Shown piece by piece: positions 29,538 through 44,013 of a stretch of 64,000 nt of DNA. Source of the stretch: Eledone cirrhosa (taxonomy: Eukaryota); the NCBI GenBank assembly GCA_964016885.1, contig OZ024744.1:28768001-28832000 (forward strand), in the 5' to 3' direction. The translations under genes were made by a program, and so were the position numbers. How positions within the stretch are numbered: the stretch's first letter is position 1; every line of letters starts with the position of its first letter. The notes under the pieces were generated by a model that was not told the origin of the DNA, did not search any database, and saw only the letters and a list, made by a program, of their open reading frames with translations.

Positions 29538-29608
29538 TATTTTATCTGATGAAAACACAAATGTTATTGCATGATGATATTTGTTTTTGAAATGCGCATA
29601 ATAAAATA
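29538..29608 (+). ncRNA. Type I hammerhead ribozyme with intact core
   Basis: tattttat-CTGATGA-aaacacaaat...atttgttttt-GAAA-tgcgca (palindrome)-TA-ataaaata; 8-bp perfect stem I. Confidence 0.8.
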
Positions 29609-29750
29609 CATGGAACTCATTTAACCATCTTTTGATTTTATATATTATATATTATGTATACTCCAGTCCTACAAACTGTAGAGTGCTTCTTATCCGATAT
29701 CTGCATTGCTTTATTGTACTACAATAAAACTCACCTCCTATATATATATA

Positions 29751-31230
29751 CTTAAGGTAAACATTGATGCAATTCAATTCAAGCACTCAACGTACTTTTT
29801 CCACGTAGGAGTGACGGAGTATATATCGAATAAGAAAATGCGAAGTTGTTTCAGAAGTTAAAGTCCTTTAATGATAATGCTGTGATACATATTTCAATGA
29901 CGACAGTGACCACATGGTTCGGTGCGCCCAGTGCCGTGACATCATCAGACAGCTTGGGAAAAGTACGTTGAGTGCTTGAATTGAATTGCATCAATGTTTA
30001 CCTTAAGAATTTAGCTCCAAAACGTTGAGCGCTCTATGGTGTAACCGATATAGTGGAGAAGAGAGGAACCAGCCATCAGCTACACCCGGAAATTCCCTCT
30101 ATCATGGGGATTGATTACACACACTGGAAATCCCTGATACTGAACGGACATAAAATTATAAACTAACTTTCGACAGGATAAATACACGGAACTAAAAGCA
30201 ACGATAAACCTCTATTTTCCTGCAGCAAATTGCATTTGCATAGAGGCCTTGAACGGAAGCCCCCTCACTTCATCAGATAATGAATTTTTATATGCACTTT
30301 AAATGGACAAAATTGACATTCATCTTAACCACTTATACCCTCATTTCCATACAGTTTACCTTCCTCGTATATGTTTTTCATATATATCTCCTATCTCATT
30401 TTGCATCTATTTTTTGTATTTTTTGTGTATTTTATATTTTGTATTTTTTGTTTTGATTCATGTGATAGAGATATTAACTATGTATTTGCCTAACTACTAC
30501 CTTTCATACTGTAATTTACCATTCGTTCTACTCTACGGTACAATCGTTCAATATATGGATAATATATCTGTACTATTGATCCCTCCATTCAAAACTTCTT
30601 ACTATAATTTAAACATCTGCCTATTTATTAGTTATTATATGCACATATATTTTTTTACTTACTGCAATCAAGATTTTAACTTGCAATTCCTTAAATTTTT
30701 GATTTTTAATTTTTAGTTTTAATTTCTAATTCTCAATCATAATTTCCACACTGAAACCATAATACCTAGAAATAAGTATATGTTCTCTTAGCGGTTGATG
30801 GTCAATTCTACTGTCCATGCTTAATTTAGGGGTGGTATTGAGACCTATTGAAACTCATACTCTCCCATCCCCACTAGCTTTCGGCCAACTGCCACTGGCA
30901 GGGTGGCTAGCAGTAAACTATAACCGTGACATATTACAGACCTGGATGGGGTGATTGTTTGGTTGAGGGGAAGGGGGGGGGGCTTGCCTAGGCGAGTTTC
31001 GTAGAACTTTGGGGTAGTTGATGGTCAACTTCCTTCGGACTTGCGCCTGCGCAGACCGGTGCGGGTGAATTGGGACTCACAAGGAAACGGGCGAAGAATT
31101 CAAGAGCACACGCTTTGTCCGTTCCCATGTCGATTCATTTTGGATTGCCTCGGAAACATAACCTTATATGTAAGAAGCTGTCTGATGAAGCCACGGCACT
31201 GGGCGCTCTGAAACTACTTCGTTTTTATTA
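29751..31230 (+). mobile_element. Non-autonomous PLE-like element with inverted 5' pLTR
   Basis: 29751-29955 read on the minus strand matches the internally deleted 3' copy at 31175-31228; 53-bp inverted repeat at 29751-29803 and 29955-30007. Confidence 0.55.
29879..29953 (-). ncRNA. Type I hammerhead ribozyme
   Basis: gctgt-CTGATGA-long stem II-GAAA-tatgta-TC-acagc. Confidence 0.75.
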
Positions 31231-31247
31231 TATATATATATATATAT

Positions 31248-31603
31248 ATATAGTATATTTGGTAATATACCGTATGATTAATTAAACACATTTCGAAGAC
31301 CATTCGCTATCAGTTTTAAAGTAGTGAGAATGTCCCTTATTTTCGGCAAAGGTAGGGAGAGATGCTAACAGCTCTTGATTATTACTGGAATTCTATAAGA
31401 CTCCAGATTCTATAATTTTCGGCAAAAGCAGGGGAGTGGATGGTTTTGATAAACGCCAAACACCAAGAAACAGACTTCCAGCCTCTCTCCCTACCTTTGC
31501 CGAAAATAAGTAAGTAATATAGTCACTACTTTAAAGCTGATAGCGAATGGTTCTTCTAAATGTTTTTAATTAAACATACAGTATATTGCCAAATATATTA
31601 TAC
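31248..31603. mobile_element. MITE/fold-back element with inverted repeats of about 110 bp
   Basis: 31250-31361 is inverted at 31484-31602 (ACCATTCGCTATCAG, CTTATTTTCGGCAAAGGTAGGGAGAGA); TA-flanked. Confidence 0.7.
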
Positions 31604-31680
31604 ATACTTTCATGTATACATCGCATTTTCAGAGCACCAATACTAATATATATACATATATATATATACATACATATATA

Positions 31681-31739
<59 letters not shown>

Positions 31740-32295
31740 CGATTTGTACAATTTTTTGAAATTCTTGCAATAATTATACACATTCTGAATCCATCCGCTA
31801 AACTCGGGGTTACCTCCCTGCAGGGTAAACACGTGGGGTAATCACTCCAACACTACTACTGCTAGGAACGCTCTCGCCGGCTGAGAACAAAATACCTGTT
31901 GACGAAATGGTAGCCTTGTTCGATAGTTATACCAAAAGCTTACAATGGAAGCAGGCAGTATAATTGATTTAGATATCACACAAACCTCCCATTGGATTAT
32001 ACTATCAATTTCCAGGAGGTCCAGGTAAATTCTTTTGTTAACCTGTTTAGGCTGCTTCGTTTTTTGGGGGGCTCCGGTGGCTGATAGCTTCATGACTGCC
32101 GTTTTCAGTTTGTTTGGCCTCTATAACCTATGTTAATTGGTCTGGTCTTCTTTTAGTCCATTGGGCGCTTGCCGCATATCTCTAAAATTGCGTTTTGCTA
32201 TTTTAGACCACAGCCGAAATACGATCTCGCTGAAATGATATTTATATATATGTATATATATATATTATATATATATATATGTGTGTGTGTGTGTA

Positions 32296-32326
<31 letters not shown>

Positions 32327-32365
32327 TATATATATTATTATTATTATTATTATTATTACTATATA

Positions 32366-32462
<97 letters not shown>

Positions 32463-32463
<1 letters not shown>

Positions 32464-32619
32464 TAACAAAGAGGGTGTGGTAAGATACCAGGTGGACCAT
32501 GGCGCACTAGAATACTCGATATTTGTGTTAGTAAAGTGGGTAATATGAAAAGATTCAGGTTCCCGACGGCTAAACTCCAGACGTTTCGACAGCTAGATCC
32601 GTGGGTGTCCTGAATCTTT

Positions 32620-32622
<3 letters not shown>
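32463..32622 (-). mobile_element. pLTR-family fragment with half hammerhead and short inverted tail
   Basis: Matches 5868-5996 and 3292-3365; ATGAAAAGATTCAGG...CCTGAATCTTTCAT inverted repeat. Confidence 0.6.
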
Positions 32623-34504
<1,882 letters not shown>

Positions 34505-34721
34505 AAAAGTATGACCCCGACGGCAGAGCTCAAGCCGTTTCGACGGCTATCAGGCTAGAAATTTCTTTAGTATAAAATACGGTGAAAGCTTATAATTTCT
34601 AATTTCTATTTTCAAACTCGCGCACCGTTTCGAAAATATACTTACATGTTTACGTTTATAATTTGCTTGTTTATCATTCACTTGCTAAGTTCATAGCTTC
34701 TAATTTGAATGGAAGGAGATG

Positions 34722-34796
34722 GGATGTGTATTGGTGTAATGGTAGCACAGTGGTCGGGATAACCAAAGATGTGGGTTCGACTCCCATGTACGGCAA
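34722..34796 (+). pseudogene. tRNA-derived sequence (SINE head or tRNA pseudogene)
   Basis: A box TGGTGTAATGG, B box GGTTCGACTCC; D, anticodon and T stems pair, but the acceptor stem is imperfect and there is no U33. Confidence 0.55.
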
Positions 34797-35124
34797 CACT
34801 CATCTTTTTCCATTTCTCCGAGGGTTATAAACCCCACTATCAGGCTAGAAATTTCCATAGTCTAAAATACGGTGAAAGCTTATAATTTCTAATTTCTAAT
34901 TTCAAACTCGCGCACCGTTTCAAAAACATACTTACATGTTTAGGTTTATGTGTGTGTGTGTGTGTGTGTCGCAGTGACTCTGGGCGTTTGAACATTTTTT
35001 GTTTGATCCCTGGTCTATATATGTGTATATGAGAGATAATGAATCTAATAACTGTTTCCTGTATTTATAACGTTATTTGTACATATACATGTAGGTTTAC
35101 TATGATGTTGTTTATATTTTCAAG

Positions 35125-35940
35125 ATGACCCTCCCGCTCAGTCTCCTCACACTGCAACAAACAAGCAAAAACTTAGTTTTAAAAAGAGTAAGTTATAATT
35201 TAAACAAAGTTATTGAGTAATCAAATAAGGTTTTGAACAGTAAATTTATAACGATTTAATTCAGTCAAGATTTTCAAACTCTATATTACAAACACCCTAA
35301 CATAATCCAGGATAAATATTTTATTGACCTCGATGTCCAGGGACCTTGGAATGAGAATAAAAATAAAGATAAACTTTTGGGGGGCATTATCAGAGATAAG
35401 CTAAGAAAGAATGAAATAACATCTTGTTCAAATGAGATGAATGTTGCACTAGATTAATTGAGGTAGATGGAATTATCTCACAGATCAGTGTTCTCATCTT
35501 TAACAAAACTTCATCCTACACTTCTTCACCATTTCTGGTCTCCCTTCGTTGTTCATACACTTCATCCTCTTATCCACTGCATCAGCCAGTACCCTAAATA
35601 TTCAGTTATACCACTATATATGTATCTGTTCTTCATGACCAGTGGGAAACTGTACAATATTTGTCTCATTATTCCAGACATCCCACATATGACTAATCAC
35701 ACTTTACTCCTTTCAGAAGTTTTAGATTTGTGTATGTCATTGACAGAACAAACCGTAGAAATAGTTCTAGTTGATTTAAAAAAACTTATTCTACCATTTC
35801 TTCAACTTAACAACAAACTATTCCGAAGACAACCTTCTAGATTTCCTAATATTTACTTCCTTATTTTTTTCCAGTTGACACGAGAAAAGGACAAAATATC
35901 TCTGAGTCAGACACACCACCACGTGATACATCGAATGGAT
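35125..35940 (+). CDS. Three candidate phase-1 symmetric microexons (35125-35187, 35678-35731, 35875-35940) of an unidentified host gene
   Basis: Each has a pyrimidine tract plus AG and a GTAAGT or GTATGT donor; lengths 63, 54 and 66; stop-free in phase 1: DPPAQSPHTATNKQKLSFKK, IPHMTNHTLLLSEVLDL, DTRKGQNISESDTPPRDTSNG. Confidence 0.5.
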
Positions 35941-36014
35941 GTAAGTTATATTTCAAACACACTTTCTATTAGTCTGTATAGAAAACTATGACACATGTTT
36001 CAACATTAATATCA

Positions 36015-36118
36015 AGCCGAGGTTAACTTTGCCTTTCACCCTAACGGGGTCGATAAAATGAAGTACCAGTAATGTACAGGGTATTTGCTGGCCTTCTGCC
36101 AAAAGTAGAAACAATTAT
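36015..36118 (+). mobile_element. SINE 3' half
   Basis: GCCGAGGTTAACTTTGCCTTTCA...GGCCTTCTGCCAAAAGTAGAAACAATTAT. Confidence 0.8.
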
Positions 36119-36746
36119 CACGTGTGTATATATATTATTCTCCTAGATTTAATAATTAACTAATTAATTTAATTAGACAATTCTGTTGATTGGTTAATTA
36201 TTTGTGTTTGTTTTATAACATCTAGTTGAGAGCTTATCATGATGATTAGCGGAAATTAAAATATTTCCTTTCGCTAACATTTTGAATGACCCGCCTAAAA
36301 CCGGGGGTTATTTCCCTTGCCGGAATTAACACGTGATAGCTATAGATACGATAAGCAGCATGTAGCAGCAACATATAATTTATCACTCCGGTCATAGGCA
36401 GAATGAAATACCTGTTGATAAACTGAATCCTCCGTTCGATCACAAATACCATGAGCTTGCCATTCACGTTAGTCTGATATTTGATTTCGGATTCAAAGAA
36501 ACACTTTAAACGATTGTTCGTTTGATTTGTCCAGGTGTACTTTTCTCAACCTGATTAGTTCTATCATTACTTTGGTATATATTGTGTATTAGTTTCGCCT
36601 ACCACAATGTTCGATTTGTCAAGCTATTTAAACGTATGTTATTACTCTAAAGTCCTATCTTATCGAGTGCTTTGCTAACTCATCATTTCATATAAGTAGG
36701 CCGAATTTACTTGCAAACCGCCAGAGATTCGATTTTACTGATTTCC

Positions 36747-36808
<62 letters not shown>

Positions 36809-36867
36809 GTAAAATGTGAAGAGGAAGCACACGAGTTAGGATATATATATATATATATGTGTGTGTG

Positions 36868-37725
36868 TGAAAACAGGGAGAAAAAGACGATTATTAGGAA
36901 GAAAATAATTTTTTTTTTCCTTTTTATTTATTTCTCTCTTTTTTCTGGGTTAGAAATTGATTAAAACAAAATATTTTACATTGTGTGAAGTATTAAGGTA
37001 TTAGTTGATTTATTTATTAATTAACAATGGTATTTATTTATTTTTTTAATGCACTAAACTTCGGACTAAACTAAAACTGGAACAAACAATCAAACATTTA
37101 CAAATACCTATGTCTCTCTAAAGAGTAACCTCCCTCACACCCTACCTAATCCTTTTTCTTAAATAAATTAAATATCATCCAGCATGAATTACTTCTCCCT
37201 GCATATTAACTCTCTAAAAAGGGAAATAATATCAAACCCCAGTCCACCATTTGCCTCCATCATGGATCAACTAAGCACTCTTGCTATATTAACACATTTT
37301 GATCTGCTTATCTTCAAGAACTATGCCTGTAAAGAAGACTATTTTTTCTTTAATATTGCCTTATTATGCTACACATTACGCCTCTTTTTTTTTCTTTTCA
37401 CTTCATAAACCTTGTTTGTAAATAACATTATTCTTTCTGCACCATTTCTTTACCATGTCCAACACCACCATTCTACACCAATACATATTATTATCATTTG
37501 ATAATGCATAAAAATGGTGAAACCGATAATAGACAATTATTAAATAAATGCCATTGTTAATTAATAAATAAATTAATTAATAAATCAACAAATACCTTAA
37601 CACTTCATACAAATTAAAATATTTCGTTTTAATCATTTTCTAACCCAGAAAAAAAGAGAGAAATAAATAAAAAGGGAAAAAAAAAATGTTTTCTTCCTAA
37701 TAATCGTCTTTTTCTCCCTGTTTTC

Positions 37726-37726
<1 letters not shown>
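36868..37726. repeat. Inverted repeat of about 170 bp (36868-37035 and 37545-37726)
   Basis: TGAAAACAGGGAGAAAAAGACGATTATTAGGAAGAAAA... and its reverse complement, flanked by microsatellites; PLE-like inversion or MITE. Confidence 0.75.
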
Positions 37727-38066
<340 letters not shown>

Positions 38067-38117
38067 TAGTGAAAGATTGAAAAATAACATGGTCGGCTGT
38101 ACAAAAAGATTTTATTT

Positions 38118-38234
38118 CTAGTATTAACAATTGTTTCATTGATCACGTGAGTCTAAAGGCAGCTAATCACTCGAAGTTGCGTCACTCGACCGTAAAAACT
38201 ATTTTTACCTCTGATCAAATCATCGGAATACTGG
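38118..38234 (-). ncRNA. Type I hammerhead, CCGAUGA variant (inverted pLTR copy)
   Basis: ccagtatt-CCGATGA-tttgatca...tgatcaat-GAAA-caattg-TT-aatactag. Confidence 0.6.
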
Positions 38235-40193
38235 AGGTTTTACAAATGGCATTGGTATATATAGATACAACGTAGAATCAAAACAATAACATCAATAATA
38301 AAAGATAACAATAAAGAAGTAAAGAAGTTAGAGTGAAGATGTAAAATAAGTTAAAAAATAATAAGTACAGAATACGATTCCTGATAATAGTGCTGGTGGT
38401 GGTGGTGGTGGTGGTGGTGGTGGTGGTGGTGGTGGTGGTAGTGGTGGTGGTGGTGCGTAAGTGTATGTGTAAAGACGTGGTGAGGGTAGACTTAATACTA
38501 ACATGAAACGAAACATTGGATACATACATACATATTTTTAACGAACACGCAAGCTACTATAAGATAGCTTTACATAAGGCAGGCCATAAGGAGGGGCTCA
38601 AATACATACCAGATAGAGACAGCAAGAACAAACCTAATGACAGCTACACTATCCACACCTATAGAAATAAAAAACATAGAACTAAACATAGAAATAGACA
38701 ACGAGCACCAGAAATAACTGAACCGAATACCAATATAGAGACACCTAGGAACTATAGAAAATTCAGAGGTAGGAAATACTTATGGTTCAATCCAATATTC
38801 AACTCTTCTATAAAAACCAAACTACCTTCTACATTCTTTAAGCTAATTGACAAACACTTCCCTAAACTGCACAAATACCATAGAATATTTAACAGAAATA
38901 CTATCAAACTCTCTTACTCTACTGCAGCCAACATAGAATCACACAAACATAAAATCAACTATAAAAGAATCTATATGGAAAATAACCTACCAACATACAC
39001 CATAGCACCAAATACAAAACGCAAACACAAAACAACATCACAACCACACACACGCCAGGGCGCATCACAACAAAATATCAATAAGCCCAAATCTCAGCCC
39101 ATCCATAACAACATACAACACCGTAACGGAGAACCTGCACACAGGAAGACCTCCAACTGTAACTGCCACCTGCCGGTTAAGTGCCCACTACAAAATAGAT
39201 GCCTGGAATCAAGTATACTGTTCCTGTGTACTATCAATTCGGGTAACTTAGCATGGCACTACATAGGTTCTACGGCTGGTGAATTAAAAAAAAAGATGGT
39301 TCGTCCACAGACACTCTATGAAGAACAGTAGACTAGAGAACTCAACAACGCTGGCCAATAAAATCTGGCAGCTTAAGGACACCAACCAGGAATATGGGAA
39401 TAGCTGGTCGAAATTATCGGGAACAAGGGCCTACAATAATGGAATGCCCCACTGTGGACTTTGCAATATGGAGCTGTTCCATATTTTAAAGTATGATAAA
39501 ATGCTGCTTAACAGCAAAATAGAACGATCAATTTTCTGTAGGCACAAAGCAGCTACCAAGTTCGCAAATTTCAAACCAACATGATTCGATCAAGCAATCT
39601 CGGAATTCAAACAGAACCACCCGGATTTTAATGTACTGACTACATACCACCCCACTGTTATTAGCTGTCAACTGACCAACTGGTCACTAAATCAACATCA
39701 TAAATCTCCTAACCTTTCTTTCACTCTCTCTCCATAAAGCTACATCACCCCCATTGAGATAAGACAATCAGCTTGCCAGACATTTACAATACATATCATC
39801 ACATTGCCACCCCCACTCTCTGTCTCCTGTCCTGAATCTATTCCCCACTCACTTAATTTTTAATTTATCTTTTATCTGTCTTCTGTTACTATTTTTTATT
39901 TTCTACTCTAAACCTCTGAGATTTGACCACTACGTATGTATGTATGTATCCAATGTTTCGTTTCATGTTAGTATTATCTCTACCCTCACCACGTCTTTAC
40001 ACATACACTTACGCACCACCACCACCACCACCACCACCACCACTATTATCAGCAATTGTATTCTGTACTTATATTTTTTACTTATTTTACATCTTCACTC
40101 TAACTTCTTTACTTCTTTATTGTTATCTTTTATTATTGATGTTATTGTTTTGATTCTACGTTGTATCTATATATACCAATGCCATATGTAAAA

Positions 40194-40310
40194 CTAGCAT
40201 TCCGATGATTTGATCAGATGTAAACACTGTATTTAAGGTCGAATGACGCAATTTCGACTGATTAGTGGCCTTTAGACTCACCTGATCAATGAAACAATTG
40301 TTAATACTAG
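40194..40310 (+). ncRNA. Type I hammerhead, CCGAUGA variant with long stem II
   Basis: ctagcatt-CCGATGA-tttgatcag...ctgatcaat-GAAA-caattg (palindrome)-TT-aatactag. Confidence 0.6.
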
Positions 40311-40523
40311 AAATAAAACCTTTTTGTACAGCCGACCATGTTATTCTTCAATCTTTCACTATTATTACTCCAAGAATAACCTGCATTAGGAATTCTCGCG
40401 AACCCGCTACCTAACGATGGAAACCTCTTGTTGAGTCAAACAACGCCGTACATTAAAACTATCCACAATACTCACAACCTCTAACTGGATTACCTATAAC
40501 GATAACTTGTTATCTCATGTGTA

Positions 40524-40660
<137 letters not shown>

Positions 40661-40921
40661 ATAATAATAAATGTGAAGACTAAAATTCGAAGAGGGCTCG
40701 ATAAGGATAATATATATATATCAAATTATATAAAACCATAGAGCAAATATTTATTAAAATAACCGATTAAAGCTTAAGCAAACAATCGCTGCTTTCACCT
40801 TTAACGGGATCTTCTGAAACTTGTGTTTCAGAAGATCCCGTTATACATACGTATATAAAAAAGGAAAATGTTCGCTCTACATGGCTGAATACAATAAATG
40901 TAATCTGAGTTTTTCGAATAT

Positions 40922-41018
40922 TAATAATTGTTTCTACTTTTGGCACAAGGCCAGCAATTAACCCAGTACATTACTGGTACTTTATTTTATCGACCCCGTA
41001 AGGATGAAAGGCAAAGTT
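40922..41018 (-). mobile_element. SINE 3' half
   Basis: TTCTACTTTTGGCACAAGGCCAGCAATT...AAAGGCAAAGTT. Confidence 0.8.
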
Positions 41019-41559
41019 TATGCAAGCAAACCTCATTTTTATAGCAATCTCAGTAGAATGTGTTGGCATGTGAACATATTTGTATATGGGTGTGTGCGTG
41101 TATGTGTTTGTGTGTGTGTGTGTGTGATTGAAGACATCTGACCATTTTGGTAGATATCACCAATAATTAACTATTGTTTGCTTAAACTAACCTTAAGAAT
41201 AAGGAGTGCCCTCCCCCCACTCCCAGTGTGAATCAGTCTATAGGTACTTAGCTTGAATTTGTTTCTGCCTTTGTTACACTAGATATAGTTTTTAAAGAAT
41301 TCCATTTTCTTTAAATCCATCAACCAATGATCTCCACCCATCCCAATCACCACCCTCTCCTACCACCAGAAAAGGTATAAATACCACCATATTACTTTGA
41401 CAATCGGTTTCCTGATGATTTCTCCCGAATGAAACAGTTCTAGTCCTGCGTATATATATATGTGTGAAAAAAAATGTAAAGAATGACTTCACTTATAGTG
41501 TTAAATAATTTGATTTAATTTTATAATAGCATAATAGTATGAGTTGGTAGATCTAGTAA

Positions 41560-41771
41560 GTTCTTTGTTAGCTTCGGTGGGAAGAATTTTAAAGATTCCT
41601 GGTTAACCTTGTTGGAGAACTTTCTCGCATTCGTCGGTGGCAATTGTCAAACTGAGATCAGGTTGTGTTGTGATGTGTGACTATATATATATATAAGAGA
41701 GATTTGGATGTGTCTGAAGTGTGGTGTTAATGAATGTTGGTGAAGATTTGGAGGAATTAAAGCATACACAT

Positions 41772-41866
<95 letters not shown>

Positions 41867-42200
41867 TATACACACTCAGAAAATGGTGAGATTGACATCA
41901 AGATAAGGGTGTTTGTGAATGTGGTTGTAAACATCCCCTCCTGTTGATTTTATTTCATTAGCTGACCATTGATGAGTATATAATGGCAGGGTGTTTTTCA
42001 AATTCTTTCTTATAGCTAAACCAACTCTCTTAAATTTCTAAAGAATATCTTCTACAAATTTCTATATCAAAAATGAATTTAGGTGCGTGTCTGGTGGTGG
42101 TGGTGGGTTTTAATATGGTGTAACATACATGTCTTTTGATAAGAATGGGATGACAGTAAAAAAGGGAAAAGAAGGATAGTTTGGGAACATTTGTCAAAAA
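41560..42200 (-). mobile_element. Highly decayed Penelope-like RT fragment interrupted by (CA)n
   Basis: Minus strand remnants FVEDIL (YVDD-like), PYLDVNLTI and FDNCH. Confidence 0.35.
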
Positions 42201-42294
42201 TGTGTTGTAGATATTGGTTTAGGAGAGGAAGTGTCGGGGAGGGGACACATGCTAGCTCACATATTCACTTCCCTATATGTAAATATATTTGCAG

Positions 42295-42926
42295 TCCATA
42301 TATATTACATACATACACACATACACACACATATCTATACATATATATATATACATATATATACACATACATACCCACACACACATATATACACATACAT
42401 ATATATACACACACATATACACACACATATGCATACGCATATGTATACACACACACACACACACACACATATACACCTACATATATATGAAAAATATGAA
42501 AACATGGCGTGCTGCGTGGTTGCATTGGGTTACATATGAATAAATTTAGTCCTTCATCAGTGATCTTCCAGCCTTCATTGGTATTTCATCGCTTTAAAGA
42601 CCATATACCTCCGGTTGGCGCGAGCAACGGCTAAAGAAAGTCGTTGGGACACGTAAATAGGGGTAACGAGCGAGACAGTAAACAAAGATGGTAATGCAAC
42701 GAAAAGTGAGGAAGAAGAAGTCAAGTCCCTGAAATCGATGAACATAGGTTCTGTGAAATCGTGGACGAGAGAGAATAAAGACCATCCGACCTGGTCGAAG
42801 TGTGAGTAAGGAAAGAATCTCGCACAGGTCAAACGGGAGGAAGTAGGAGAGGGAGTAGCAGAGAGTGAGTGTGTGAAAGTGTGAGGAAGAGGCTAACAGA
42901 GAGAGTGACTGGCAGAGGGGGTAATA

Positions 42927-42980
<54 letters not shown>

Positions 42981-43083
42981 GACACAGCCATACACCCCCA
43001 CATACATGTACATACATATGCATACATATAAACAGACACACACACATATATATACATATATATATATACACACACATATATAT

Positions 43084-43134
<51 letters not shown>

Positions 43135-43320
43135 CACATATATATATATACACATGCACACACACATATATATATATATATCACATACGTACGTGCATAC
43201 ATATATATATATATATACACACACATGCACACATACATATAAACATGTACACACATATCTGTATACCTACAGACACATATATAAAAAACACATCTATACG
43301 TACATATGTATATACACATC
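42295..43320. repeat. Low-complexity TA/CA tracts (42295-42490, 42925-43320)
   Basis: Direct reading. Confidence 0.9.
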
Positions 43321-43580
43321 TACTCAGGTGTTTAAGTTCATATAAACATTGGTGTGGCGAAGGGGTAATTAATGAAATGTTATTGTACCTCTGAGGGTTT
43401 TTCTTCTCTTCAGCGATCGAATGTTTAAAAGTACGGGTGTCATCAACTATTTTACTTTTTCAATATGAGATTTTTTAAAAGAAAAGAGAGGGGGAGAATT
43501 CCGTTACTTGAAGATGGAATATCACTTTTTTGTGTTCAGTAGAGGTTTGTATTTTCTAATAAAGAATTCTTTATATTTTT

Positions 43581-43719
43581 GAACACTCCAAAAGTCATGC
43601 TTGCTGGAAACAACAAGAACCCTCCTATGCGTCCTGAATATCTGAGGATGCAGGTAGCGGCTTGATATTCATTTCAACAAACTTTCCAGTTAAATAACAT
43701 CAATGACTGAGACTCAAAG

Positions 43720-43770
<51 letters not shown>
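43581..43770 (+). mobile_element. Extreme 3' stub of an R4/Dong-like element with (TAA)n tail
   Basis: TLQKSCLLETTRTLLCVLNI* (compare the QKxxLLGTARILR terminus of R4/Dong ORFs), a short UTR, and (TAA)n at 43722-43770. Confidence 0.65.
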
Positions 43771-43771
<1 letters not shown>

Positions 43772-44013
43772 TTTTCTTTATTAACCACAAGGGTTCACAT
43801 AAAGTAGACATTAAGGACAGTACAGGACAATACAGGACGGTACAAATGGGCATTTCTGCGTGTAAAAAAACAGAGGTTGAAATAAAATAACAAAGAAAAA
43901 TTCCCCAATAGGGGGGAGACTTCCAAGGGACATTTGTGGAGAAAGCCCATTAAAAGACCACAGTGGCCCTGACCACCAGGGCAAGTGCCCTCTCCCAGTT
44001 TTCCACCTTTAAT

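Larger units (their letters stand above)
27340..29740 (+). mobile_element. 5'-truncated Naiad-type Penelope-like element inserted in (TA)n
   Basis: Open frame from about 27356 to 28638; 3' region carries a hammerhead; (TA)n at both ends. Confidence 0.85.

Noticed and set aside
34722-34796. Functional tRNA gene
   Set aside because: Acceptor stem is mismatched and the anticodon loop lacks U33.
42540-42600. CTGATGA on the minus strand (also at about 17565, 21548 and 30270) as hammerheads
   Set aside because: No correctly placed GAAA, stem III and NUH could be built.
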